Made by a program: the position numbers and the translations under genes. A stretch of DNA of 64,000 bases from positions 9,540 to 73,539 of the forward strand of contig JAAUZU010000032.1 of the NCBI GenBank assembly GCA_014804445.1, written 5' to 3'. The notes beneath the pieces are model-generated. The model was not told where the DNA came from. It made no database searches and saw only the letters and a program-made list of their open reading frames with translations. Shown here in pieces: positions 21,333 through 30,121 of the stretch. Source of the DNA: Lachnospiraceae bacterium (GTDB lineage: Bacteria > Bacillota > Clostridia > Lachnospirales > Lachnospiraceae). Position 1 is the first letter of the stretch; each line of letters begins with the position of its first letter.

Positions 21333-21995
21333 CTATTCCTGCGGCAGCAGTATCTCGGTGGTAAACGCACCTTCTTCGCTATTGCGGCTTAAGTAACCGT
21401 GATACCGCTCCACAATGCTGTCTATTCTGACAAGCCCGAAGCCATGCTCCGAACCCTTTGTGGTGCGGAAGATGCCGCCTGTCTTTTTCAATTTTCCGGA
21501 TGCCGTCATATTGGTAAAGGACATGTACAACCGCGTTCCCTTCATGTCCATATAGACGCGTATCATGCGCTTTTCCTCCGGCAGCGCCATGCTCGCCTCG
21601 ATAGCATTGTCAAATAAATTACCGATAATAATGCACAAGTCGATTTCCGCGGTTTTTAACGCCACCGGCACATGCGCCTCCGCAATTACCGGAATCTGTC
21701 TTGCGCGCGCCAGTGAAATTTTGCTGTTTAGGATGGCGTCCGTCATGCGGTTTCCCGTCCGGATAACCGTATCCACCGTGGACAAATCCTCATCCAGTTC
21801 ATTCAGATAGCCTTTGAGTGCCTCCAAATCCCCTGCCGCCGCATAACTTTTCATCACCTGTATGTGGTTCCGGTAGTCATGCCGCCAGCCACGCACCTGC
21901 CGGTACATATTTTCCACTTCCTCATAGTGTGTCTGAATCAATTCATTCTGATACGCCGAAAGCTGCTTGTTCACATAACGGGAAAGAAATGACAT
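21333..21995 (-). CDS. AgrC-like (HATPase_c_5) histidine kinase without sensor/TM domain
   Basis: RHDYRNH H-box, GNLFDNAIEA, TTKGSEHGFGL. Confidence 0.85.
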   Translation of the reverse strand: MSFLSRYVNKQLSAYQNELIQTHYEEVENMYRQVRGWRHDYRNHIQVMKSYAAAGDLEALKGYLNELDEDLSTVDTVIRTGNRMTDAILNSKISLARARQIPVIAEAHVPVALKTAEIDLCIIIGNLFDNAIEASMALPEEKRMIRVYMDMKGTRLYMSFTNMTASGKLKKTGGIFRTTKGSEHGFGLVRIDSIVERYHGYLSRNSEEGAFTTEILLPQE

Positions 21996-22011
21996 CTTAA
22001 TACTCCTCTGT

Positions 22012-22707
22012 CTAAAAATACCGAATCATTGCCTGATTGACTTTATCATACATTCCTTTGGAAAGCGGAATTTCGGCTCCGTCATGGAGTATGACCTCCT
22101 TTTTGGTCACACGCCTGATAAACCGCAGATTTACGATGTAAGACCTGCCCGTGCGGCAAAAGCTGTCATCCAAATTTTCCTCCAGCTCATGCAGGGGCTG
22201 CTTAACCTCATAATCCTCGCGCCCGTGAATCGTCACATAATTCCGCAGTACTTCCAGATACCGTATTTCGTGCAGGGGAATCCTCACCGTCTCGCCCCGC
22301 AGCGTCAAAACCAGCGACTTGCTCAAAGAGGCAAGCCTTTTTGCGGCACGATCCAGCACAGAGAACAGCTTTTCCTCCGTCACCGGCTTTAGGAGGTAAT
22401 GAAGCGCCTCCACCTCATACCCATCCTGAATATACTCCATGTAGCCGGTCACGAATATAATCTGCATCTCCTTGTTTTCACGGCGCACCCGTCCCGCAAG
22501 CTCCACACCATTCATTTTTTTCATCTCAATGTCAAGCAGCAGAATCTGCGTTTCCTTGTCCGCCTCTTTAAACAAAAATTCCTCTGCGCTCTCAAACTGC
22601 TCTATCTGCACCGGCTGCTGCCGGTCTGCCGCCCAGCTTCCGACCATTTCCGCCAGCATGGCGCGCCATGTCGCATCGTCGTCGCATATGCTGATATGAT
22701 ATCTCAT
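22012..22707 (-). CDS. LytTR-family response regulator
   Basis: ICDD, LLDIEM, YLLKP, RSYIVNL. Confidence 0.93.
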   Translation of the reverse strand: MRYHISICDDDATWRAMLAEMVGSWAADRQQPVQIEQFESAEEFLFKEADKETQILLLDIEMKKMNGVELAGRVRRENKEMQIIFVTGYMEYIQDGYEVEALHYLLKPVTEEKLFSVLDRAAKRLASLSKSLVLTLRGETVRIPLHEIRYLEVLRNYVTIHGREDYEVKQPLHELEENLDDSFCRTGRSYIVNLRFIRRVTKKEVILHDGAEIPLSKGMYDKVNQAMIRYF

Positions 22708-24020
22708 AGTACTTCCACCGCCTGAAATGCCTCGTCCAAATCCTCAATAATATCGTCAATATTTTCCAGTCCAATCGACAGACGGATTGTGTTAGGTCTG
22801 ATGCCCTGGTCGGCAAGCTCCTCCTCATTCAACTGGGAATGGGTAGTAGAAGCCGGATGAATCACCAGAGACTTTGCGTCCGCCACATTGGCAAGCAGAC
22901 TGAACAACTCCAGATTGTCGATAAATTTTTTCGCTTTCTCCGCATCGCCCTTAATTTCAAATGTAAAGATGGAACCGCCGCCATTGGGGAAATATTTTTG
23001 ATAAAGCGCCTGCTGTTCTGCTTCCGAGGATACCGAAGGATGATGCACCTTCTCCACCTGAGGATGTTTCGCAAGGTATTCCACTACCTTTAAAGCATTC
23101 TGCACATGCCTCTCCACCCGCAGCGACAGGGTTTCCAGCCCCTGTAAAAAGAAGAACGCATGGAACGGAGAGAGAGTCGCTCCCGTATCGCGGAGCAGAA
23201 TGGCGCGAATCTTTGTCACAAACGCCGCCGCGCCTGCCGCTTTGGTAAAACTTACGCCGTGATAGCTCTCATTCGGCTCTGTGAGGGAAGGAAACTTGCC
23301 GCTTGCCTCCCAGTCAAATTTGCCGCTGTCCACAATAACGCCGCCTATCGTCGTCCCATGACCGCCGATAAACTTTGTCGCAGAATGCACCACAATATCC
23401 GCGCCGTACGCAATGGGACGCACCAGATAAGGCGTTGCAAAAGTATTGTCCACCACAAGAGGAATTTTGTGTGCATGGGCTATCGCTGCCATCCTCTCAA
23501 TGTCTACCACATCGGAGTTGGGATTCCCCAGCGTTTCAATATGAATCGCCTTTGTATTTTCCTGAATTGCGCTTTCCACTTCATCATAATTGAAAGGGTC
23601 TACAAAAGTCGCCGTAATGCCATATTCCGGCAGCGTGTGCGCCAGCAGATTGTAGGTTCCGCCGTAAATATTCTTCGCCGCCACAATGTGCTCTCCCGCA
23701 TGCGCGAGATTCTGAAACGTATAGGTAATCGCCGCCGCACCGGAAGCCACCGCCAGCGCTGCCACACCGCCCTCCAAAGCCGCAATCCTTTTTTCAAAAA
23801 CATCCTCTGTCGGGTTCGTCAACCTGCCGTATATATTACCCGCATCACTCAAATCAAACCTTGCCGCCGCGTGCTCACAATTTCGAAACACATAAGAAGA
23901 AGTCTGGTAAATCGGCACCGCCCTCGCATCCGTCACCGGATCCGGCTGCTCCTGTCCCACATGAAGCTGCAAAGTCTCAAATTTTACATTTCTTTCCGCT
24001 AACGTTTTTTTACTCATCAT
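22704..24020 (-). CDS. metY: O-acetylhomoserine aminocarboxypropyltransferase
   Basis: VPIYQTSSY, YGRLTNPT, HSATKFIGGHG PLP lysine, IRLSIGLE. Confidence 0.92.
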   Translation of the reverse strand: MMSKKTLAERNVKFETLQLHVGQEQPDPVTDARAVPIYQTSSYVFRNCEHAAARFDLSDAGNIYGRLTNPTEDVFEKRIAALEGGVAALAVASGAAAITYTFQNLAHAGEHIVAAKNIYGGTYNLLAHTLPEYGITATFVDPFNYDEVESAIQENTKAIHIETLGNPNSDVVDIERMAAIAHAHKIPLVVDNTFATPYLVRPIAYGADIVVHSATKFIGGHGTTIGGVIVDSGKFDWEASGKFPSLTEPNESYHGVSFTKAAGAAAFVTKIRAILLRDTGATLSPFHAFFFLQGLETLSLRVERHVQNALKVVEYLAKHPQVEKVHHPSVSSEAEQQALYQKYFPNGGGSIFTFEIKGDAEKAKKFIDNLELFSLLANVADAKSLVIHPASTTHSQLNEEELADQGIRPNTIRLSIGLENIDDIIEDLDEAFQAVEVL

Positions 24021-24072
24021 TATCCTCTCTTCCGCTCTGCCGTCAAAGTGACGGGAAAGCATTTCCCGACCG

Positions 24073-24165
24073 TCAGACAGCGCATATTTTTCTCTCGTTG
24101 TTTTTATTATATCTTAGATAAAGGTATTTGTGATTCTCCAGTTGTTTGCAGAGTGTTTTGTCCAT
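24073..24165 (-). CDS. Putative 30-aa leader/small ORF upstream of metY
   Basis: GGGAGG RBS then MDKTLCKQLENHKYLYLRYNKNNERKICAV*; consensus promoter just upstream. Confidence 0.4.
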   Translation of the reverse strand: MDKTLCKQLENHKYLYLRYNKNNERKICAV

Positions 24166-24194
24166 GATTGCCTCCCTTTGCAAAAACTAGAAAT

Positions 24195-24223
24195 ATTATA
24201 GTTTAATTCCGTACATAAGACAA
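24195..24223 (-). promoter_or_regulatory. Sigma-70/A promoter
   Basis: TTGTCT-17 nt-TATAAT. Confidence 0.65.
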
Positions 24224-24359
24224 GAAAAAGAATACGCAAAAATTATTTTCATTGTAAAAGTAAAAAATTTATTTTATAATGTAAGAGCCAACACATTTTT
24301 CTACAATTTTCTTATATATCGAAGTATATACTTTGTTGTATAAGGAGGTTGTACGCTTG

Positions 24360-24623
24360 ATGGAAAATGAAGAAATTAAAGACAACATATTTACAAATGA
24401 CGAGGAGGGGGATGTTATGCCCACCATTAAATCGGTAGAATGTGAAAAAATTGCATATATAAAAGGCATGGAGGAATACTTACAGAAATTAAAAACAATG
24501 CCCAATAGTGAAGCCGTAAAGCGCTCAAAATTCAATCTGGAAAACAGCCATATTATACAGAAAAATGGTGAATTTACGGAAAGATACCGTTACAGCAGAC
24601 TACATAGCCAAAGTAAAGGATAA
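24360..24623 (+). CDS. Small hypothetical protein, possible partner (antitoxin-like) of downstream gene
   Basis: AAGGAGG RBS; stop 3 nt before next ATG. Confidence 0.6.
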   Translation: MENEEIKDNIFTNDEEGDVMPTIKSVECEKIAYIKGMEEYLQKLKTMPNSEAVKRSKFNLENSHIIQKNGEFTERYRYSRLHSQSKG

Positions 24624-24626
24624 AAT

Positions 24627-25116
24627 ATGTACAGTAATTTACCAAATTTAATTATTGGATTTCACGGTTGTGACCTTAACACGTACAAAAACGTGTTGTA
24701 TAACCAAGAACGACTAAAGGCCAGCCGTTATTGGTGCCGTCATAAGCTTAGGACATTGTTTAGATTTGACTGATTACGGAAGCTCGTTTATTTTAAAAAC
24801 CGGATACGAAATTTTAAAATTGGAATTATCCCTATTAGGAAAACCTCTGCCCATAAACCGCAATATTTCTGGAAACAAAGACCTTCTATTAAGAGAATTA
24901 GATTGTGCCGTCATCGAAAGAATCCATCAATACAATAGAGAAAATAACGAAAGAGCCTACGACAGTGTCCGAGGCGTATTTATAGAGGGAAATCCCGTTT
25001 ATGAAGATTCCGGAATAATGGAAAAAACTCATACACAGCTATGTATAATAAACCCAAATTGTATTAAAGGATATTTCAGTCCCTTAGTGCCCGATGCAAA
25101 ATGGAATATCGTTTAA
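24627..25116 (+). pseudogene. ADP-ribosyltransferase-fold-like protein broken by internal deletion/frameshift
   Basis: MYSNLPNLIIGFHGCD...LKAS jumps frame to PAVIGAVISLGHCLDLTD...LDCAVIE..YDSVRGVFIEG..THTQLCI. Confidence 0.7.
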
Positions 25117-25200
25117 TCTTCATCAAAAAAGCTGGCACACATTTAAATGCACCAGCCTTTTTCCTATTCACTTTTCTATTCTATTTCTCAATAAACCTTA

Positions 25201-26385
25201 CTACTCCTGAACAGAACTCGTATATTCATAATCATTTATCCGTTCCGTCACCTTGTTCTGCTTCAAGGTTTCAAGGTTCGCGTATCCAACATAAGTATAA
25301 TTACCGACTTTAAAAATCTCCGTCGCAAACCAGCCCGTGTCAGGCGCTGTGTAAGAATTGATATCCACAGAACAGGTTCCATCCGGCTGAATCTCTATAT
25401 CTGCGTAATTGATATAATAATAAAACTCTATCGTCTCCTCCGGATCCGGATTAGTTGCTGTGATCTTGTATATCAAATATAGATAATTTTCAGTCCAAAA
25501 TGTCTTATTGCGACCCCATACTTCCGTTTCAAGCGGTTTTGAGCTGAGAAAATAATTTCCAATATAAGTAACGCTTATCAGATTCTCCGGCTTGCTCCAG
25601 TTACTTGCCACATATGCCCGAAATACCTCTTCACCCTTAGCAGACATTGCATCCATAATATCTGCCGGTATCTCTGCAACATCTGTCGCATAATGAGGCA
25701 TATCTTCAACCGTGTATGTTCTCTCTGTTTCACTGATTACCACACCATAATTTTCTACAAAAGTATCAACTGAACCGGAAATGGACGCTGTAATCGTAAT
25801 GGTGTCACCATTGCATAAATGATCCTCTTTATCCGCAGTAAATCTTATATACTGCATCTCCTGCTGATCATAATTTGGCGTAATGGTCGCATGGATGTAT
25901 GGCTCTGTTTCGGAAAAACTTACCTCTACATAGTCAAAAGGATTAAACTTTTCTACCTCTGTCAGACCTGATACGGTATATGTAATGTCTGAGTAATTCA
26001 GTTTGCAGTTGAAATATTCACTCGCCATTTCATCTTCACAATTCCATTTAAGCGTAATCGTATCGCCATTACTCAAGTTCTTCGCCTGATCCAAACTTTG
26101 GGACACACACATATCCAACAATAATTCCTCTGAAGATTCACCCGACATAAGCACAAGCATCTTCATCTCATTGCTATCCTTGGTGCTCAACTTAATCTTT
26201 CCCGAATAGTCCTTCTCAAACGCTTCGTAATCAAATGTGAAAGAGGCAGTTCCAAGTGAATCGTAGCCCTCACACCTAATCGTAATGTACTTGTTCAGAT
26301 TTACCGTGGTCTTACCGCACCCGGTCAATGCAAACATTGCCACAGCCATCATGCCCAATAATAAAAGACCTTTGATTTTTTTCAT
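25201..26385 (-). CDS. Lipoprotein of unknown function with two repeated Ig-like units
   Basis: Lipobox ALTGC; repeated L(S/C)NGDTIT motif. Confidence 0.8.
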   Translation of the reverse strand: MKKIKGLLLLGMMAVAMFALTGCGKTTVNLNKYITIRCEGYDSLGTASFTFDYEAFEKDYSGKIKLSTKDSNEMKMLVLMSGESSEELLLDMCVSQSLDQAKNLSNGDTITLKWNCEDEMASEYFNCKLNYSDITYTVSGLTEVEKFNPFDYVEVSFSETEPYIHATITPNYDQQEMQYIRFTADKEDHLCNGDTITITASISGSVDTFVENYGVVISETERTYTVEDMPHYATDVAEIPADIMDAMSAKGEEVFRAYVASNWSKPENLISVTYIGNYFLSSKPLETEVWGRNKTFWTENYLYLIYKITATNPDPEETIEFYYYINYADIEIQPDGTCSVDINSYTAPDTGWFATEIFKVGNYTYVGYANLETLKQNKVTERINDYEYTSSVQE

Positions 26386-26501
26386 GACATTTCTCCCTCA
26401 TTATTTTCAAAAATATGCCTTAAGTCTATCACTTTTGCATTGCGGAAGCAATATAAATATAGCTTAAATTTCCGAAAATTGTCGAATGGAAGAAAGTGTC
26501 A

Positions 26502-27521
26502 CTATTTGGATAAAATTTCCAGTATTTTGTTTCCGTATTTTTCTACCTTTACATTTCCAAAGCCCGAAATTTTTAATAGCTCTTCCTTTGTACGCGGTGA
26601 TTTTTCAATTAAGTCTACCATTTGTGCATCATTGAAAATGTAATAGGGCTTTATTTTTTCCTGACGACTTTGTTCAAGCCGAAACGCTTTCAGCCTACGT
26701 ATAATCTCTTCTCTGCCGTCATTTGAGGGAACAGGCTCTTCCGTCTGCATACTCATTGCCGCCTCGCCCGCCATTTCTTCATACTTTCTCGCATAGTCTG
26801 AGCGCATGGGATTATTTTTGGAAAGATAAAACTGAGCAAGGCGAGACATTTCGTCCACACTCATATTTGCTGATTTCACCGCTGACTCCGCATCCTGCCC
26901 TTTTATGTACGCAATCAACTGGTCTGCCCGAATAATTTGTTCCTTTATTTCCCTTTTCGCATATTTATAGTTAATGCATGTTTTCGGATTTGCCAGCACC
27001 ACAATTGGCTTATAGGTTTCTGTAAAATGTTTCTCAAACAACATTCTGCTCACAAAATTACCCTTTGCACTCAGTCTGACCTCCTTCAACACCTGCATAT
27101 GCCTTTGATTTTGCGTAATCGGAGAATAAATACCCTCCTTAACCCGTCTGCCCGAAAGCTCATATGTCCTGATAAAAGCGCCCGAATTGTCCACTTCAAT
27201 GTTGCCAATCAGATTTTTACATTCAATGATATAAATATGCTGCCGCGTTATCACAATGTAATCAATCTGTGCCGACAATCCATTTATCTCCAAATAAATG
27301 TCGTGCAGAATATACATATCCATGCCGCTGTTCTTTAGCTCATATGCGATATTATTTTCCCCAATTTCCCCATAACGCGCCATATTTATCTGTTTCTCTA
27401 TTTTCTTTTTTATTTCTCCATCGGTTCTTTCCAGTAACATCTGCATTTTGCTGATGAAAATGCCCGTATCGCTAGTTTCCTTGCAAAATACCGGTCCAAT
27501 CTTTTTTGAAAATAATCCCAT
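26502..27521 (-). CDS. NERD nuclease-domain + HRDC-domain protein
   Basis: GEIGE, AQIDYIVI, IIECKN; C-terminal KPYYIFNDAQM..ELLKISGFGNVKVEKYG. Confidence 0.9.
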   Translation of the reverse strand: MGLFSKKIGPVFCKETSDTGIFISKMQMLLERTDGEIKKKIEKQINMARYGEIGENNIAYELKNSGMDMYILHDIYLEINGLSAQIDYIVITRQHIYIIECKNLIGNIEVDNSGAFIRTYELSGRRVKEGIYSPITQNQRHMQVLKEVRLSAKGNFVSRMLFEKHFTETYKPIVVLANPKTCINYKYAKREIKEQIIRADQLIAYIKGQDAESAVKSANMSVDEMSRLAQFYLSKNNPMRSDYARKYEEMAGEAAMSMQTEEPVPSNDGREEIIRRLKAFRLEQSRQEKIKPYYIFNDAQMVDLIEKSPRTKEELLKISGFGNVKVEKYGNKILEILSK

Positions 27522-27544
27522 TGCAATTCCTCCCTGCCCTTATC

Positions 27545-27928
27545 TTATGAATTTTTTATCTTCTCAATCAACCCTAAATCCGCCGGCAGCCAGTCCACGC
27601 TGTCCAGATTGTCCTTTGTCAGCCACCTTGCCGCTTCGTGCTCCTTGAGCTCCAGATTGCCTGATTTCACCGTACACCAAAAACAATGCATTGTAAGATG
27701 AAACTGCGGGTAATCATATTCCACAATATCAATCAGTTTGCCTACCTCAATCTCAGTATCCAGTTCCTCCCTAATTTCACGGATAAGCGCCTCTTGCGGC
27801 GTCTCTCCCTCCTCTATCTTCCCGCCCGGGAACTCCCAGCCATCCTTAAACTCTCCATAACCTCGCTGGGTGGCAAAGATTTTGTTATTGTGGGTGATGA
27901 TGGCTGCTACGACTTTGATTGTTTTCAT
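27545..27928 (-). CDS. MutT-like Nudix hydrolase
   Basis: WEFPGGKIEEGETPQEALIREIREEL Nudix box. Confidence 0.93.
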   Translation of the reverse strand: MKTIKVVAAIITHNNKIFATQRGYGEFKDGWEFPGGKIEEGETPQEALIREIREELDTEIEVGKLIDIVEYDYPQFHLTMHCFWCTVKSGNLELKEHEAARWLTKDNLDSVDWLPADLGLIEKIKNS

Positions 27929-28378
27929 TTACCCTGTCTCCACGTCTTCCGTTTTCAAGTCTAAAATTACTTCTTCTATTACCTTCACACATTCATCAGT
28001 ATGTTTCTTAATATCATCTCCCCAAAACCGAATAACAGTCCATCCTCTGAACAGCAACTGCTTATTCACATCATCATCTCTTTCTCTATTTCTGGAAATT
28101 TTACTTATCCAATATTCTTTATTTTTTCCATTCTCAAGACGTGGTTTGAGAATTTCCCAATCTTTTCCGTGGAAAAATTCTCCGTCGCAGAAAATTGCAA
28201 TTTTACATTTAATCAATACAATATCCGGCTTCCCTGGCAGCGCTGCATAGTTTTTCCGATATCGATACCCCTTCTTCCATAAGGCTTTTCGCAATTGGAC
28301 TTCTATACCTGTGTCTTTACTCCTTAGCTTTTTCATCACCTTTGACGTTTGTTCTGAAGTATTTGTAAACTCATACAT
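27929..28378 (-). CDS. vsr: Very-short-patch repair endonuclease
   Basis: RSKDTGIE, LPGKPDIV, FCDGEFFHG, GWTVIRFW. Confidence 0.93.
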   Translation of the reverse strand: MYEFTNTSEQTSKVMKKLRSKDTGIEVQLRKALWKKGYRYRKNYAALPGKPDIVLIKCKIAIFCDGEFFHGKDWEILKPRLENGKNKEYWISKISRNRERDDDVNKQLLFRGWTVIRFWGDDIKKHTDECVKVIEEVILDLKTEDVETG

Positions 28379-28397
28379 AATTCTACCTTTGCATTTA

Positions 28398-29651
28398 TCA
28401 TCCATGATGTAATCTATCATAATACGCCGCTATCCTTCGCCGTGTACTATGATTATCAGATTCGTCTAGCGATATCAGCCAATCCAATACATTAGTACTT
28501 GTTATTGCATTTTTACGCAATACATTTGCAATATCCGTTGCTGACATAATCAAAATCGGATGTCCATCTTCCATCACTTCTTTATACGCTTGCTCATGTA
28601 CATAACTTGTGGTGACAAGCACTCCAAACTGTCTATATCTGATTCTGGAAATTAGTCGTGACATTTCCCTAACGCCAACCGAATGATTTTCTGCATAACA
28701 TTTTGCTTCCATTGCACAATCAATTCTTAATGGGTAATTTGCCTTACTCTCATTTCCAATCACATAATACCCAAGCGCATCTCGCCCTCCATCTCTCCAC
28801 GGTCGTGTAAGTGAAAAGTCTTGAAACCGCTCATCCATTTTCTCTAAAATATCTTTTGCACAATTTTCAAATCCATATGGATTATTTTGATAATGCTTTC
28901 TAATTTGCTTTAAGCATTGTGTTCCTTCTATATCACTTTGAAGCTGCTCATATTTTGTGGGAATTTTGGGCAACTTTTTAGCTATTAATGGAACAATCCC
29001 ATTCCTGCCTTGCTGAATAAACCGCTTCCATGTTTCCGGCGCGTATTGCAAATTTTCATCATGATTATAAATTAATGCGTTTAACCATTCTCGACTAATT
29101 GGCTGAGTTGTTTCCAACACAGTAAAATACGCTTCATAGTTCTGAAAACGTTGTCCGTCCATCGTACGCCAAAATGCAACTAAATCCTTATCTGGAGAAA
29201 TTTTAGGATTCCCTGGTGCAGCCAATCCCAAAAATTGTACATCCCATCCACTGCCCGCCTTTTTAAAGATAAAGAATGGCGGTATATTTTTAATCGCTCC
29301 ATCTTTACTGTTTAAACAGTCAAACACAAACTCCAAAAGCTGATTTCCTTTTCGAGGGGTGTCAAGAATAGTCCTTCCAGGCGTTCTATTATCACCATAA
29401 TAACGAAACACTCCTGTTTCTTCATCAAGATAATCCGGCCATGCTAATTCTTGCATTGATGTATAAAGCACCACATATGCCGGAAGCCCTGAGCCATCTT
29501 TCCGCATTACCTTTCTAAACCCACCGGAATTACTACAGTTCGGTAATAATTTTGACAAAACCTCCGAACCCTTACCATTAACTTTTCCGCCTTTATAAAT
29601 TGTATCTACTACAAGTGCCGCCTCCGAAAGTTCCTCAAATGCAACTGCCAT
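28398..29651 (-). CDS. AspBHI/MspJI-like modification-dependent restriction endonuclease (SRA-like + Mrr-like catalytic domain)
   Basis: N-terminal WPDYLD..FRYYGDNR, RFQNY; C-terminal RDGGRD..EAKCY, SRLISRIRYRQFGVLVTTS. Confidence 0.82.
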   Translation of the reverse strand: MAVAFEELSEAALVVDTIYKGGKVNGKGSEVLSKLLPNCSNSGGFRKVMRKDGSGLPAYVVLYTSMQELAWPDYLDEETGVFRYYGDNRTPGRTILDTPRKGNQLLEFVFDCLNSKDGAIKNIPPFFIFKKAGSGWDVQFLGLAAPGNPKISPDKDLVAFWRTMDGQRFQNYEAYFTVLETTQPISREWLNALIYNHDENLQYAPETWKRFIQQGRNGIVPLIAKKLPKIPTKYEQLQSDIEGTQCLKQIRKHYQNNPYGFENCAKDILEKMDERFQDFSLTRPWRDGGRDALGYYVIGNESKANYPLRIDCAMEAKCYAENHSVGVREMSRLISRIRYRQFGVLVTTSYVHEQAYKEVMEDGHPILIMSATDIANVLRKNAITSTNVLDWLISLDESDNHSTRRRIAAYYDRLHHG

Positions 29652-29699
29652 AATTCTTTTGTCCCTCTTCTAACGCTATCCTAAACTTAATCAAATAAA

Positions 29700-29817
29700 T
29701 TACCCTACATAATTTGCCAATGCTTGCTTAATAGAACACGCAATTTCATATGCAAAATTGACCGGAACTGCATTGCCAATCATCTTATATATATCATTTG
29801 AATTATCATAGATAAAT
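29700..29817 (-). pseudogene. C-terminal remnant (motif X) of a C5-cytosine DNA methyltransferase, HaeIII-like
   Basis: Not in ORF track: [38 protein letters not shown]. Confidence 0.85.
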
Positions 29818-29955
29818 ATCTGTTTGGGATTCTCTATCTTTACATGTTGGCTTCCCCGATTTTAGTATTCTATAGCGTTTTCCCTCAAAATCAAATTCAG
29901 TACCAACTGACATAAATTCTAAAATTCTTCTCTCAGCTTTTCCGAATGTACCCAT
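29806..29955 (-). pseudogene. N-terminal stub (49 aa) of a gene truncated by deletion, possibly a restriction endonuclease
   Basis: AGAAAGGA RBS; [49 protein letters not shown], fused out of frame to the MTase tail. Confidence 0.55.
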
Positions 29956-30121
29956 AGGCATGTCCTTTCTTTTGTTGTGAACCTAGAAATTTCTCTAGCT
30001 CAAAGAACCCTATCAACACCTCTAACTAATTTTATTTTAGCTGTTTACGCACATACTTTCAAGTAGATTTGTTTCTAGGGTTCCTTTTTACAATTTATTA
30101 CTTATACTTTTTTATGCTATA

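Noticed and set aside
24167-24181. CAAAGGGAGGCAAT shared with the region upstream of 50169
   Set aside because: Mostly Shine-Dalgarno consensus; no further homology, likely chance
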